Source: Lingula anatina
Taxonomy: Eukaryota > Animalia > Brachiopoda
Length of the DNA: 64,000 bases
Direction: 5' to 3'
NCBI GenBank assembly: GCA_051362555.1
Contig: CM120643.1
Coordinates: 1 to 64,000 of the forward strand
Positions 38,183-52,800 of the stretch are shown here, piece after piece. Within the stretch, counting starts at the first letter, position 1. Each line of letters opens with the position of its first letter. A model generated the notes under the pieces. The model had not been told where the DNA came from. It made no database searches and worked only from the letters and a program-made list of their open reading frames with translations. The translations under genes were made by a program, and so were the position numbers.

Positions 38183-39121
38183 AAAAGATCATCTCCGAGG
38201 AAGATGAAGTATTGATCCGCTATATAGAAATGCAATATTCCACAGTTCAACTTATCGGGAAAGAAAAGGCTGAGATTATCGCTGCTTTCTCTGACGACTA
38301 ACAAATATTTTGGATATATTCAAGAGCTCCAAGGGGCCTATATGGTACGTAGAGTCCATAATTTTTGTCTGTGTGGCTCCTGACACCCGCTGTATTGTCT
38401 ATGTCATAAAAAGTAAATCATTTAATTATGATATTGACAAGTGTTATATCAATTGAGAATATTGGTTAGAATACGCACATTGGTAGAGTTGACTACAACT
38501 GGTACTGTCTAGAACACAGGACAAATTGAAAACGCTAAGCATGTAATTCCAGAGATCAATGGAGAGTAGTAGACATGTCTTCGCGTCTTGAAGATAACGC
38601 TGCGTGTTTGAAAATATGCTATGGCAGCGTCTACGTCGTTACTAAGCCGTATTCTGTGTAGTGCTGAAATGGCGTTTCAGTAAACTACCCATGTATGTTT
38701 CTTGTCATATCTCAACTGTATAAGCTTGAACAAAAACAGCAAATCTAAGTGTACGTATATGTAAAGGATTGGGCTATGTACCGTTTATATAAAAGTCACC
38801 TTGTGCGCAGACTACCTTTTTTTCAATATGTCCATGCTGGCAGCAGACGCTTCAATATCATTTATCTATTTACTGAGATAGTGTGGAACACATTTATGTG
38901 AAAACAGTGGCGCTTGAAAAATCTTCATGATAAACCATAAGATGGGGCGCACATGTTACCATCAACGCGATCTGTTCTTTCTCTTGTAAGCTTTAAAATG
39001 GTTTCACCTTTCCAATTTTCCCTCTGTAAATGATCGTGTTTATTCTATCATGGGGGGAGATATATTAATACCTGTGAACGCACACAAGGTAACATACACA
39101 TACACGCACAAAAACACATAC

Positions 39122-39152
<31 letters not shown>

Positions 39153-39677
39153 TGAATTTGATGACATATGCCATGGCCAGTGTTGTAATGAAGATACTCG
39201 TTAACGTTGCCGTACAATGTGCTGCCGTCACAAAATCGATATTATGACAGCTCCATATCAATGGCAAGCGCGGAATCTGTCTAATAAGTCTGTCCTTGGC
39301 TGAAATGGCTCATTAAGTCTGACTTATTTCATCAGAATATCCAAAACATTTTCCCTAGCTTGTGCGTTGAACTTTATTTCAGTTCAGAATGATAGATATA
39401 CGTACAAGTAAGTGTCCAGGTATGATAGCGGATCTCAGGGACTGCACAGAGGCGGCCATGAAAACGTAGTTTAGACGTCATTAAAACACAAACTGCAGGC
39501 TCCGTTCAACCTCAGTTTTAATTTATTTCTCTCTTTTAAAAGTGTACAAAAAACTTTAGAAATATCTTCATGTGCCAACATGTCCTGCAAATCAACCAAT
39601 TATTCCCAGTTTAAACATTGAAAACGCGAAAAAGAAAAAAAAACCTACAACAAAAGCACTTGAAAGTTCTTGAAATT

Positions 39678-39985
39678 TACGGAAAGACCTATAGCGTTCT
39701 AATAGATAACTGGGCAGTCATGTAGACGTCTAGTGTACTTGTAGTACGGAAAGACATAGCGTTCTAATAGATAACTGGGCAGTCATGTAGACGTCTAGTG
39801 TACTTGTAGTACGGAAAGACATAGCGTTCTAATAGATAACTGGGCAGTCATGTAGACGTCTAGTGTACTTGTAGTACGGAAAGACATAGCGTTCTAATAG
39901 ATAACTGGGCAGTCATGTAGAGGTCTAGTTTACTTGTAGTACGGAAAGACATAGCGTTCTAATAGGTAACGGGGCAGTCATGTTG
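39678..39985. repeat. 65-bp tandem repeat, ~4.7 copies
   Basis: Unit tacggaaagacatagcgttctaatagataactgggcagtcatgtagacgtctagtgtacttgtag. Confidence 0.95.
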
Positions 39986-40153
39986 AAACTAAGTGTAGGA
40001 ACGGATCGAACAATTACGCGTGAGTTGGAGGAGATTGCTTTATCTTTGCGTAAAGAGCACATTTCAACTCCACTTCCAACACAAAGTAAAATCCCAATAA
40101 CGCATAACGTTATACATCAAATGACAAGAACTGAAAGGCCTAATATTTTGTAA

Positions 40154-40188
<35 letters not shown>

Positions 40189-40358
40189 TTTATAAAGCTG
40201 CAATATGAATTGTAATGAATTAAAAGCGCAATGTATGCAAACCATGAACGTGAAACAATACAGCCTTCTCTGTAGACTTAAGTACATACGTGTAGTAGTC
40301 AATAATAGGGTCAATTCACCAATGTTATGATCTTTTTTTTTTCAATTTCCAGAGCAAC

Positions 40359-43300
40359 ATGTCCAGAAACAGCAGGATTCATCTCCACCGCTTAGTCAAA
40401 GATCCGTCCCCTCCCGTCAACCCTGCAATTCTAGTGAGCCACCCTAACGCTACCAGTATGGGAGTGGACAACCCAGTGTTCATTTTTGACGAGGTCGACA
40501 ACCCCCGTCTGCCGTCTAAAGCCACCATGCGTAGCTCCGTGTCCGGCAGTTCCACGCTGTCTATGGCTGACGGCTTGCCCAACTTGTTCAACATGAGTGA
40601 GAGTACGATAAGTGGACACGTGTCGCCACGTCGTGGAACATCTGGAGGAGATAGCCTCTTTGTGCCCGGGTCAGGTCAGTTTGACTCTGTACACAACTAA
40701 TAATTAATAATTAAGGTATGACCGGAAATACGTTTAGAAATGAGCATGTACATGCTATTCCATTTTTGCGAGTGTAAACTATTGGGAGTGTTATGAACTC
40801 CTTATGTCCCAGAAGTAGTCACTTTTGAGGCCGTTAACTTCAAATTCTTTGCCAATCTGCCATGATTTGAACATTTTGACTGAAACTTTTTTCCTATTAA
40901 TGTGGAGAGTTGACCAGCCAATAGGAGCAGTCAAATTAATGACTACTCTCTTGTGACCTTGGCCGATACTGTCATAGGGTAGCTTGAAGAGCGTGAGTGA
41001 GTACTGGTACAACACCAAGACCCTCAAATACACCAAGGCCACAGTAGATTTATTACCGGCATTATAGGCCTTCCTATTGGTTAAAAGGTATTAATTGTTC
41101 CGAAAAGACAAAGAGTTATGCTTTTAACTGACGGCTTACTAATATCTGACACATTAAAGGGATAATAACTCTTCGTTTGGGCCAAAAAAATGAATTTTCC
41201 TGGAGTAAACAACAATTTTCCCACACTTACCAATGGTTAATGAATCCATTTTTACATTCAAAATTAGACCCTGTTTTATTTCTAAAAAAGTTTTTTTTTT
41301 TTTTTTTTTTTTTTTTGTTAAAATCTCTTAAGAGATTTTAACTGAGTATAGCCATCAATGGAGGTCACGTGGTCTAAAGACAAGCTCAGATATCAGAATA
41401 ATAGCTATAACTGCCGTTTTTGTGGTAAAACAATATATATTTCTATGAGTTATTCACAATGTTTTTATTGTGAAATATAGTTCTCATATGAAGAGTTATT
41501 ATCCCTTTAAGTTTGGTTAACGGCCATCTATATTTATTAAATTATACTTTTTTAGCAAAATCTATAAACAGAAATTACACTCGCAAAAATGGAAATGTTT
41601 ATGTTTAATGCTTTAAAACGATATCGAGAGACACCTTATATACTAAACGGTGTAATGTGACATGGAGCCCCCCATAATTGAGTCTGCTTCCCATTCATTT
41701 GTACATGTAATCCTCACCCTCGATTTGGCTCACTTAGGTCCGACTAACCCTATCCATTATACCTGTTGCTAAATGCAGGATGGACTTTCTCTTACATGGA
41801 TCTTCAGTTTCGCTACACCGGCATACTCGGACTAGAAAGACAGTTCTACACCTTTCGCAGCTAGCTGATTAGATTTTGATTTCTTATGTTGACTGGAAAA
41901 CTTGCTCATCAGTAAACAAAAGAATACTGGGGAGTAATCAGAAAACAAAAAAAGTCGCCATCTAGTCATCTAGCTGCAAAAGGCCTATCGACTTCACCAC
42001 CCGTAGCCCTTCTGGCGCCTCATAATCTAGTTTGAACGCTATTTTGTAACTCCTCAGTTGGTTTATTTCGGTCTACGTTGGCCCGAGAGTGAAATTTTAT
42101 GGCGACTGAACCCATTTGCTGAAGGCGCTGTAACACCAACTTTGCGTTCACATGAAGAACAAAATGCGGCCTTTCTCTGAGAGGTGTAATAAAAAAGACT
42201 TATTATTCAACATCAGCCTAAATTCGTTATACAACAGCGACCTAGATAAGATAACGATTTCTCCAGCCAGTAAATATACAAAATATGCAATATCAGGAAT
42301 CAATTAACCTGTAAAAGAGTCGATGTATTTAAAAGCTTTTAAAGCAGTAAGAATTAAATTATTGAAGACGTATGTAATTTGTTTTACTCGTATGTAAAAT
42401 GTACATGTAGACTGAAGACATATCTCCATGTCTAATAGGAACAGTAGTACTTGACGGTTCAAGATTTTCCCTAACATATATGTTGATTACAACTCTCAAG
42501 GGGAAAGAAGTGAAACGGAGTATGCAGGGATGTGTAGGCTTCATTATAGGACACAGTGTCTCCCATAGTTGCTGGCATACTTCGCTGCCTAAGTAAATTA
42601 CATACCTAACAGAACTGCACAACGTGGGGAGCTACAACTATGAGGCACTCTGTGCTTCATTTCTCATTACGGAGACCACATTCGCTTCGTTAGACAACAC
42701 AGTAACTTCTGTTGGTACTGTATGTTATGTTATATTTACGGAAAGCCCAGTCCGTAAAATATTTATATTGCACTGTTGGTTCAGTTATTTATAAAGCAAG
42801 TCATAGCTTGGCCCATCCATGAAAACTTATGAGGCCTCCAGAAATGTTGACATCCTACGCTCTGCCTCGGCGTCAAGTGTTTTGAAAAAACATTCATTTC
42901 ACAACCTCCTTAATTGCAGATATCAGAGAGCAGATCAACCATTCATCCAATAGGGCAATACGTAACTGAAATTAAAATGCTTGGCAATGACGGTGAATGC
43001 AGAGGGCGGGGTATTATTTTAGTTTCTTGACCACACCAAGAAGGAACATGTTCCGGACAGCGTGGCGTGTAATGGCTGGCATGGGTTTGGTGGGTTCCAG
43101 GCAACATGGCCTGTAATGGCTGGCATGAGTTAGGTGGGTTCCAGGCAGCATGTCCTGTAATGGCTGGCATGGTTTAGGTGGGTTCCAGGCAGCAAGGCGT
43201 GTAATGGCTGGCATGGGTTAGGTGGGTTCCAGGCAGCATGGAGTGTAATGGCCGGCATGGGTTAGGTGGGTTCCAGGCAGCGTGGCCTGTAATGGCTGGC

Positions 43301-43806
43301 ATGGGTTAGGTGGGTTCCAGGCAACATGGCGTGTAATGGCTGGCATAGGTAAAGAGTTCTTTAAAACACTTATTCATGGTGCTTCTTTCACTTTATAAAA
43401 CTAGAAAAGCACTCCGAGAGCGCAGACCTCCGCCAAGGCAGTAATTTTTTTATTATTATTGATTATTGATTGATTATTGATCTAGATCACCACCAAAAAC
43501 TAATCATCTGTTCCTTGGCCCACTTCTGACAGTACCTGAAAATTTCATTATAATCGGTCCATAACCTTTTGAGTTATGTTCATGACAGACATGATTATTG
43601 ATTATTGATTGATTATTGATCCAGATCGCCCTAGATTTTGACTCACTTAGTTCAGACTAATCCTAACCATTATAAATATATGGAGAGCGGACATTCTGTT
43701 ACATGGACCCTCAGTTTCGTTACACCGCCCCTAAGACGCACTTTAACACCAAATACTATTCGTCTTAGTGAGTTTTTCTCGTTATAGTTGTGTGTGTGTG
43801 ATGTGT

Positions 43807-43847
<41 letters not shown>

Positions 43848-46800
43848 TGCTAAACACCACTCCTCTTTTGTAAAAACGAATCGATTCGAGCGATCCGCAT
43901 TAAATTGGTTCTGTCCTTTGCCTTGAAGCTGCTGCTTACAGTTAAATGTCAGATCATTTGGGGAAATTAAGCTATCACAGCATACAAAATCCTTTTATCC
44001 CGAGATGTGAAGAGCGGAAACATAATGTTGTTTATATGTTAAAACCTCACAGATCGAACCACTGCTTCAAATAATGCCAGGAGCGACATTATATTATGCC
44101 TTATTTGCTAACCTGGAAATGGTGGCGTTTTCTTTAATTTGAACGATGTTTCCATAAACTGTGTAGAGTAACTTTTATCTTTCGAAACATGCGAAAAAGG
44201 ATGAGGTTATTTCCAGTTTTACGGCTCCCGTCTCTCCGCTGTATTATCTGAGCTCTCATGACCTGGAAGCGTGCAAGTCGTCATTAGTTTACAGAAACTG
44301 ACATCCTCGCTCATGCCATTCGTGAAATTTGGATTTTAATTCAAAGCATGCCGCTGCGGATATCGGTAATTGGGATTGGTACACAATTTATTTCCAAGCA
44401 GTTGGTATCGAAGTCAGAAAATTGAAAGCTGAGGAGTCCAATATAGCTTCAGTCTTCTTTCTCTGCGGAGTGTATTTGAGGCAGACGTAGTTTACCATCG
44501 CCACCTACAACGTGAACCAGTACGTCTCATTCTGTTGCTGGACAAATGACAGTTCATGTGATCGGCTCATTGGGAGACAGGAGATGAAAGGAGCCGAGTA
44601 TATTCTACTATAAATATGAAGGATGACCTGTCATCACAGCAACGTGTGCAGCTCCCACAGTGCATGCTAAGAAGGAGTTTTAAATTTTTTCACCACTGAT
44701 GTTAAATTTCTATTACACGAGCCATTTCCATTGACGTCTGTCACAGGTTGTAATCGAAAGTGGTTGTATCTGACTGTACCAGGTCCTTGGAGACTGAGAC
44801 TGAGATAGAATGTATACTCTTATAGGTATGTGATTGTATCTGACTGTACCAGGTCCTTGGAGATAGAGACTGAGATAGAATGTATACTCTTATAGGTATG
44901 TGATTGTATCTGACTGTACCAGGTCCTTGGAGATAGAGACTGAGATAGAATGTATACTCTTATAGGTATGTGATTGTATCTGACTGTACCAGGTCCTTGG
45001 AGACTGAGACTGAGATAGAATGTATACTCTTATAGGTATGTGATTGTATCTGACTGTACCAGGTCCTTGGAGATAGAGACTGAGATAGAATGTATACTCT
45101 TATAGGTATGTGATTGTATCTGACTGTACCAGGTCCTTGGAGACTGAGACTGAGATAGAATGTATACTCTTATAGGTATGTGATTGTATCTGACTGTACC
45201 AGGTCCTTGGAGATAGAGACTGAGATAGAATGTATACTCTTATAGGTATGTGATTGTATCTGACTGTACCAGGTCCTTGGAGATAGAGACTAAGATAGAA
45301 TGTATACTCTTATAGGTATGTGATTGTATCTGACTGTACCAGGTCCTTGGAGACTGAGACTGAGATAGAATGTATACTCTTATAGGTATGTGATTTAAAT
45401 GTGACTGTACCAGGTCCTTGGAGATAGAGACTGAGATAGAATGTGTACTCTTATAGGTATGTGATTGTATCTGACTGTACCAGGTCCTTGGAGATAGAGA
45501 CTGAGATAGAATGTATACTCTTATAGGTATGTGATTGTATCTGACTGTACCAGGTCCTTGGAGATAGAGACTGAGATAGAATGTATACTCTTATAGGTAT
45601 GTGATTGTATCTGACTGTACCAGGTCCTTGGAGATAGAGACTGAGATAGAATGTATACTCTTATAGGTATGTGATTGTATCTGACTGTACCAGGTCCTTG
45701 GAGATAGAGACTGAGATAGAATGTATACTCTTATAGGTATGTGATTGTATCTGACTGTACCAGGTCCTTGGAGACTGAGACTGAGATAGAATGTATACTC
45801 TTATAGGTATGTGATTTAAATGTGACTGTACCAGGTCCTTGGAGATAGAGACTGAGATAGAATGTGTACTCTTATAGGTATGTGATTGTATCTGACTGTA
45901 CCAGGTCCTTGGAGATAGAGACTGAGATAGAATGTATACTCTTATAGGTATGTGATTGTATCTGACTGTACCAGGTCCTTGGAGATTGAGACTGAGATAG
46001 AATGTATACTCTTATAGGTATGTGATTGTATCTGACTGTACCAGGTCCTTGGAGACTGAGACTGAGATAGAATGTATACTCTTATAGGTATGTGATTGTA
46101 TCTGACTGTACCAGGTCCTTGGAGATTGAGACTGAGATAGAATGTATACTCTTATAGGTATGTGATTGTATCTGACTGTACCAGGTCCTTGGAGATTGAG
46201 ACTGAGATAGAATGTATACTCTTATAGGTATGTGATTGTATCTGACTGTACCAGGTCCTTGGAGATTGAGACTGAGATAGAATGTATACTCTTATAGGTA
46301 TGTGATTGTATCTGACTGTACCAGGTCCTTGGAGATAGAGACTGAGATAGAATGTATACTCTTATAGGTATGTGATTGTATCTGACTGTACCAGGTCCTT
46401 GGAGATAGAGACTGAGATAGAATGTATACTCTTATAGGTATGTGATTGTATCTGACTGTACCAGGTCCTTGGAGATAGAGACTGAGATAGAATGTATACT
46501 CTTATAGGTATGTGATTGTATCTGACTGTACCAGGTCCTTGGAGATTGAGACTGAGATAGAATGTATACTCTTATAGGTATGTGATTGTATCTGACTGTA
46601 CCAGGTCCTTGGAGATAGAGACTGAGATAGAATGTATACTCTTATAGGTATGTGATTGTATCTGACTGTACCAGGTCCTTGGAGATTGAGACTGAGATAG
46701 AATGTATACTCTTATAGGTATGTGATTGTATCTGACTGTACCAGGTCCTTGGAGATAGAGACAGAGATAGAATGTATACTCTTATAGGTATGTGATTGTA

Positions 46801-49800
46801 TCTGACTGTACCAGGTCCTTGGAGATAGAGACAGAGATAGAATGTATACTCTTATAGGTATGTGATTGTATCTGACTGTACCAGGTCTTTGGAGACTGAG
46901 ACTGAGATAGAATGTATACTCTTATAGGTATGTGATTGTATCTGACTGTACCAGGTCCTTGGAGACTGAGACTGAGATAGAATGTATACTCTTATAGGTA
47001 TGTGATTGTATCTGACTGTACCAGGTCGTTGGAGATAGAGACTGAGATAGAATGTATACTCTTATAGGTATGTGATTGTATCTGACTGTACCAGGTCGTT
47101 GGAGATAGAGACTGAGATAGAATGTATACTCTTATAGGTATGTGATTGTATCTGACTGTACCAGGTCTTTGGAGATAGAGACTGAGATAGAATGTATACT
47201 CTTATAGGTATGTGATTGTATCTGACTGTACCAGGTCCTTGGAGATAGAGACTGAGATAGAATGTATACTCTTATAGGTATGTGATTGTATCTGACTGTA
47301 CCAGGTCCTTGGAGATAGAGACTGAGATAGAATGTATACTCTTATAGGTATGTGATTGTATCTGACTGTACCAGGTCCTTGGAGACTGAGACTGAGATAG
47401 AATGTATACTCTTATAGGTATGTGATTGTATCTGACTGTACCAGGTCCTTGGAGATAGAGACTGAGATAGAATGTATACTCTTATAGGTATGTGATTGTA
47501 TCTGACTGTACCAGGTCCTTGGAGACTGAGACTGAGATAGAATGTATACTCTTATAGGTATGTGATTGTATCTGACTGTACCAGGTCCTTGGAGATAGAG
47601 ACTGAGATAGAATGTATACTCTTATAGGTATGTGATTGTATCTGACTGTACCAGGTCCTTGGAGACTGAGACTGAGATAGAATGTATACTCTTATAGGTA
47701 TGTGATTGTATCTGACTGTACCAGGTCCTTGGAGATAGAGACTGAGATAGAATGTATACTCTTACAGGTGTGCGGGTGGCGAAGTTTTACTTTCTGACAC
47801 GTTGACTTTTATGTCCCCCCCTTTTTGTCCCACCTTCCATTCCGGTTTTTTAAGTGACTGTTTTTCTTTGTGTTTGTTCCTTAGTGATCATGATGAAATC
47901 AGAACGTGTCACCAAAGTGTCTGACGTAAAACCACAGTCCGAGCGAAGTGTTTAAAGTCTGTGTAGAAGAATACATGTTGGAGATTTTGTAGGCTGTTAA
48001 CGTGATCACTACTTGGGTACTGTAACGTCTGTTGAAGTAGACGCTTCTCCACATACTAAACATTCGTCAACAGAATTCGTGCTGTTTTCTAACATTACCG
48101 CTGTCGTATTTCTCCAGGTATGAATCCTCCGTCTCGTCAATCGAGTCTTTACTCTGCAGACAGCGTGGTGGCCCCGACCTATAACATCGACGCTCTATCC
48201 CTGCCTAAGACGCCGACCACGCTGATCAGGTCCCGTACACCGTCTCACAGCCTGCAGTCCCCGAGAGCCCGCAGTAATAGCTGGCGCAGTATGAGGTCTA
48301 ACTGGAGCGAGCTGATCCGCCTGGCCAAGGAGGGCTCTGACTCTGAGGACAGCGTATTTGAGGCTGGTGAAGAACAGTGAGTATTCTAATACAGTAGATT
48401 ATGTCCGTAGTCACATCATCAAATGAGAACGTTATAATTGATATTAATTAAGGCATGGGTACTGTAGTTAAATACTTAGCATACCCAAGATTTGTTCTGA
48501 GGAAAAAAATAAAGAGAGCGAAATCACACCTCTCGGCACGGTCAACTTAGATACATGTATAAATGCTAATTTACTGACAGTTTCACCAGACTCTTTTGTG
48601 TTGTCGGGACTCAAATTGAAAGATGGTCTAAACACCAAAACCAATAAGTGGAACCCAAATGACTCTCACATGACTGTCACATGACTGTCACATAACAAGG
48701 GCGCACGACTTGCCTGTCACATGACTAGAGCACGACTTGGTAGACGTACATGTATAACACATGACTCTCACATGACTGTCACATGACGGGAGCACGACTT
48801 GGTAGACATGTGTAACACATGACCGTCACTTGACGAGAACGACTTGGTAGACGTACATGTATAACACATGACTCTCACATGACTGTCACATGACGGGAGC
48901 ACGACTTGGTAGACGTGTAACACATGACTGTCACATGACGGGAGCACGACTTGGTAGACGTGTAACACATGACTGTCACATGACGAGAGCACGACTTGGT
49001 AGACGTGTAACACATGACTGGCACATGACGATAGCACGACTTGGTAGACGTGTAACACATGACTGTCACATGACGAGAGCACGACTTGGTAGACGTGTAA
49101 CACATGACTGTCACATGACGAGAGCACGACTTGCTAGACGTGTAACACATGACTGTCACATGACGAGAGCACGACTTGGTAGACGTGTGAAACATGATTA
49201 TCATATGACGAGAGCACGTCTTTGTAGACATGTGTAACAAATGATTATCACGTGACTGTCACATAAAAATAACACGACTTGACTATCACAGGACGACAGT
49301 ACAACTTAACACCCAAATTCAGCAATAGGCCTAAAGACCATATGCCCACAAAGAAAAAAATGATTTCTGGACTTCTCAGTATAGCGTTTGTGTGATTACG
49401 GAATGAATATACAATTCCTTACTGTTTTGTAACTAAACAATTATCCACACCACTCTCGGCTTTATTGCGAAATGTAGCGTTTAAAAACAGTGTCACGTAC
49501 TGTCCTTTATACGGATTGATACACACGTCATTTGAATAGTTTGTCTCAAAAGTACAAGCAGTTTCCACTTCAAAAACGGCAGCCAGTAAACACGTTGTAC
49601 TACACAGCATTTAAAGAGTGATTTGGTTTGTTTCGCGCTTATTTCCCATAAGCTGGTACCGAATGTATTGGCCACGTAGGTATCTTCTGGTATCTAAATC
49701 AAGGACATCTATTGATTGCAGATTAAATTATGTAGAACTTTGAAAACAGAGGATATAGTATCGTTGCTTTGTACACTGATATTTCTTTAATGTGTCTCAT

Positions 49801-52800
49801 AACACAATGAAACCTTTTCATAGGTAACACAGGTATCTTCGTGTTTTCAGACATTCATCTCATGCGAAAACATGTTGTGGAATCACACTCGATACACAGT
49901 AGAGACTATTTTTCGGGTGGATAGGTTGCTAACACCTATATAGGATATTTTGATAAGTGATTCTGATATTAATGTCGTGTTTTATTTTGAAGGGCTTATC
50001 TTTAACTTCAAGTAACGTATGCTACTTATAACTGGCGCCACATACTGTTAATTCCCTAAAAATAAATTAAGCAAACTGTCACAGTTAGATGTTTATTAGA
50101 TTTTTATTTTATATTTATGACATAGAGCTCTATAAAATAAAGGCAGCATGCATAATAACAACGTCCCGGCAATGATCTAAACCAAAAAGTCTTTGACAGG
50201 CGTCAGTAACGTATGCATGGTTTTGGAAGATCAAAATGATAATTGCTGACTGGAGAACTAAATACTGTGCATATAACCATATGTGCTATATACTCAACCA
50301 TTTTACACACACACACATATGTACAATGGTTATCGTTATGAAATTTGTATATACTTTTAAGGATTTTTGTAGAACAGAATGGACACAGTTTTGCTTCTTA
50401 TTACTGATAATGAGTGTTGGCGGACGTGAATTACGTCAGCGCACAGACTGAACCAGACAGATGCTTGCAAAGTTCAGAGGACTCTAAGAACGACATTTCG
50501 ACGCCGTTAACGATTCCCCGCAGCTTACGTATCTATCCATCTATCTATCCATGTACTATCTATCATGTGAAAGATGATGTATGTACATGTCTACGTGAAA
50601 ACTTGTATTCCCAGTGTATTCATGCAGGTATATTGAGAGAGCGAGAGAGATTCCTGTGTACATTTATCATAGATAACAAGTCAATATGATAATAACAAGT
50701 CAATAACATATGAAATAGGCTCATTTGGAAAATCGAATGATCTCGTTCACTAATTTAGATAAGGTAGATTGCTGTTCGTTTTATAGGTCTCTGCTGAACA
50801 GATAGCATCGAGTCTGTTTGTAGCAGTTTTGCTTTCATCTATTACTCAAACCAATTGACAGAAGATGGGATTGTAAATCCATATTAGCATGGCACATAAT
50901 TACCCTAGCATTGACTTCATTCGGTTCTCATCACATTGCGCGAATAATGAAACCGCAGTTATATTGATTGTGATGACACAAGCTCCCTATACCACAGCAC
51001 TTGACTTGTGTGCGAGCACGCCGTTAACGAGATAGGCTGTGAAGGAAACGCTTTATAGCCAGATTTAATGTGTGTCAAAATAATTCAATTTTTGTATGTC
51101 AAAATTCATACTTATTTTTCTAGATTTTTAATTGGGTATCTGCAGTACATTAGCTTTCAGCCAAGATGTATTTATCTCAGTGAAGATTGACATGAGGATG
51201 TGTCCTGATGGGTTTAATGTAATACTGTAAATTATTGTAACCGCCAAATTATGTCCCTTCCTCTCTGTAATGAACCTTTTCCTTCTCCTTCTCTCTCTCT
51301 GTCTCCTCTTCATTCCAGGAGAGCGTCAGTGTCTGGGTTGAGTGAGGCACTCAGTGAGCGTTTGCACGAGCTGGTGGTGGCCTTCCAGTCCAGAACAGAG
51401 CGCACCAAAGAGATGCTAGCACAGCAGGCGACACCCTCCTCTAGTCCCGGTCCATTCTCTGGTAAGTCTGAACATACCATGCTCTAGTCCCGGTCCATTC
51501 TCTGGTAAGTCTGAACACACTGTCCTCTTGTCCCGGTCCGTTCTCTGGTAAGTCTGAACACACCATGCTCTTGTCCCGGTCCATTCTCTGGTAAGTCTGA
51601 ACACACTGTCCTCTAGTCCCGGTCCAATCTCTGGTAAGTCTGATCAAACCGTCCTATAGACTGGGACACATAGCTAAAAGTACCCGGATTCAAATAGATC
51701 TGAATCTGCGCTTTGCGACACTGCATATATTCATTGCGTCTTTTCTGTTTTTTATGCTTAAACCATCATTATAGTTGTGACCTTAGATTGTTCCATAGCT
51801 CTACGATTCAAGGTCTCTGTAACTTGTGATTGGCTGACTCAGACTCTCGCTCTCCATTTTACTGGCACTTTTGGAGATATTGGTATTATTGGAAAGCTAT
51901 GTACTTTTTTGACATCAGGATTGATACTAACGAATATAAAGTTTGTTCTATTCCCCCATATGGTACATACTGTATATTACATATAGGAACTTCAACTGCC
52001 CATATCTCAAAATTGCTTAATTGGAGTTAAACGTTTTATTGGATTCGACCCGGCGTATAGCATTACTTATTCACATTTTTTATGCGTGAACCAATTGTTT
52101 TTTGACCTCATATTCATTTCATTATTGATACATAATGCCTTTCAAATATAAGCACCGCCTGTCTGTAATGTAAACTTCAATAATGCTCCATATTTAAAGT
52201 AACAAATTTCTCATTGCCAATTTAACAACACGAATCTTGGAGAGTTCCGAAGTAATCAAAGTTTTAAGATAATAACTTGGTCACTTTGATTTCAAATCTA
52301 AAATAATGCAATCTACCTTTTAGTCCCTTGTTAAGGCAGCGAAGATGTCGTTATCTAACAACTGTCAAGAAATTTAACCTGAAGATTTAGCGACGACATC
52401 CCGCAAAGAGACCCCGTTATAAGACAAGTGTCACGTGAGACGGACCCTTGGGTTATCTCATTGGCAACTGAACATACAATACAATACAACCTGGACTCTT
52501 GGGTTCTCATTGGCAACTGAACATACAATACAATACAACCCGGACTCTTGGGTTATCTCATTGGCAACTGAACATACAATACAATACAACCCGGACCCTT
52601 GGGTTATCTTATTGGCAACTGAACATACAATACAATACAATACAACCCGGACCCTTGGGTTCTCAATACAAATGATTCTGAAGAGTAATTATTATCTCAT
52701 AAAACAGTATTCATCGTGTGCTTGTTTATCTCTTCTTTATTTTACATTTTACTTTTTCTGTTGTCTGATTTTTTTAAATATGCGTGTTCCGTAGAGTGTT

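Noticed and set aside
37219-38304. 361-aa ORF of GKGSIISPVLPDKPPYKY repeats as a standalone protein
   Set aside because: Openness follows from a 54-bp unit; it has a non-ATG start and near-identical DNA units. Only the 78-nt exon hypothesis is retained.
44765-47770. CRISPR-like appearance of regular arrays
   Set aside because: Units are contiguous with no unique spacers, there are no cas genes, and the context is eukaryotic.
48768-49240. ORFs of 115-121 aa
   Set aside because: Artefacts of the 45-bp intronic minisatellite.
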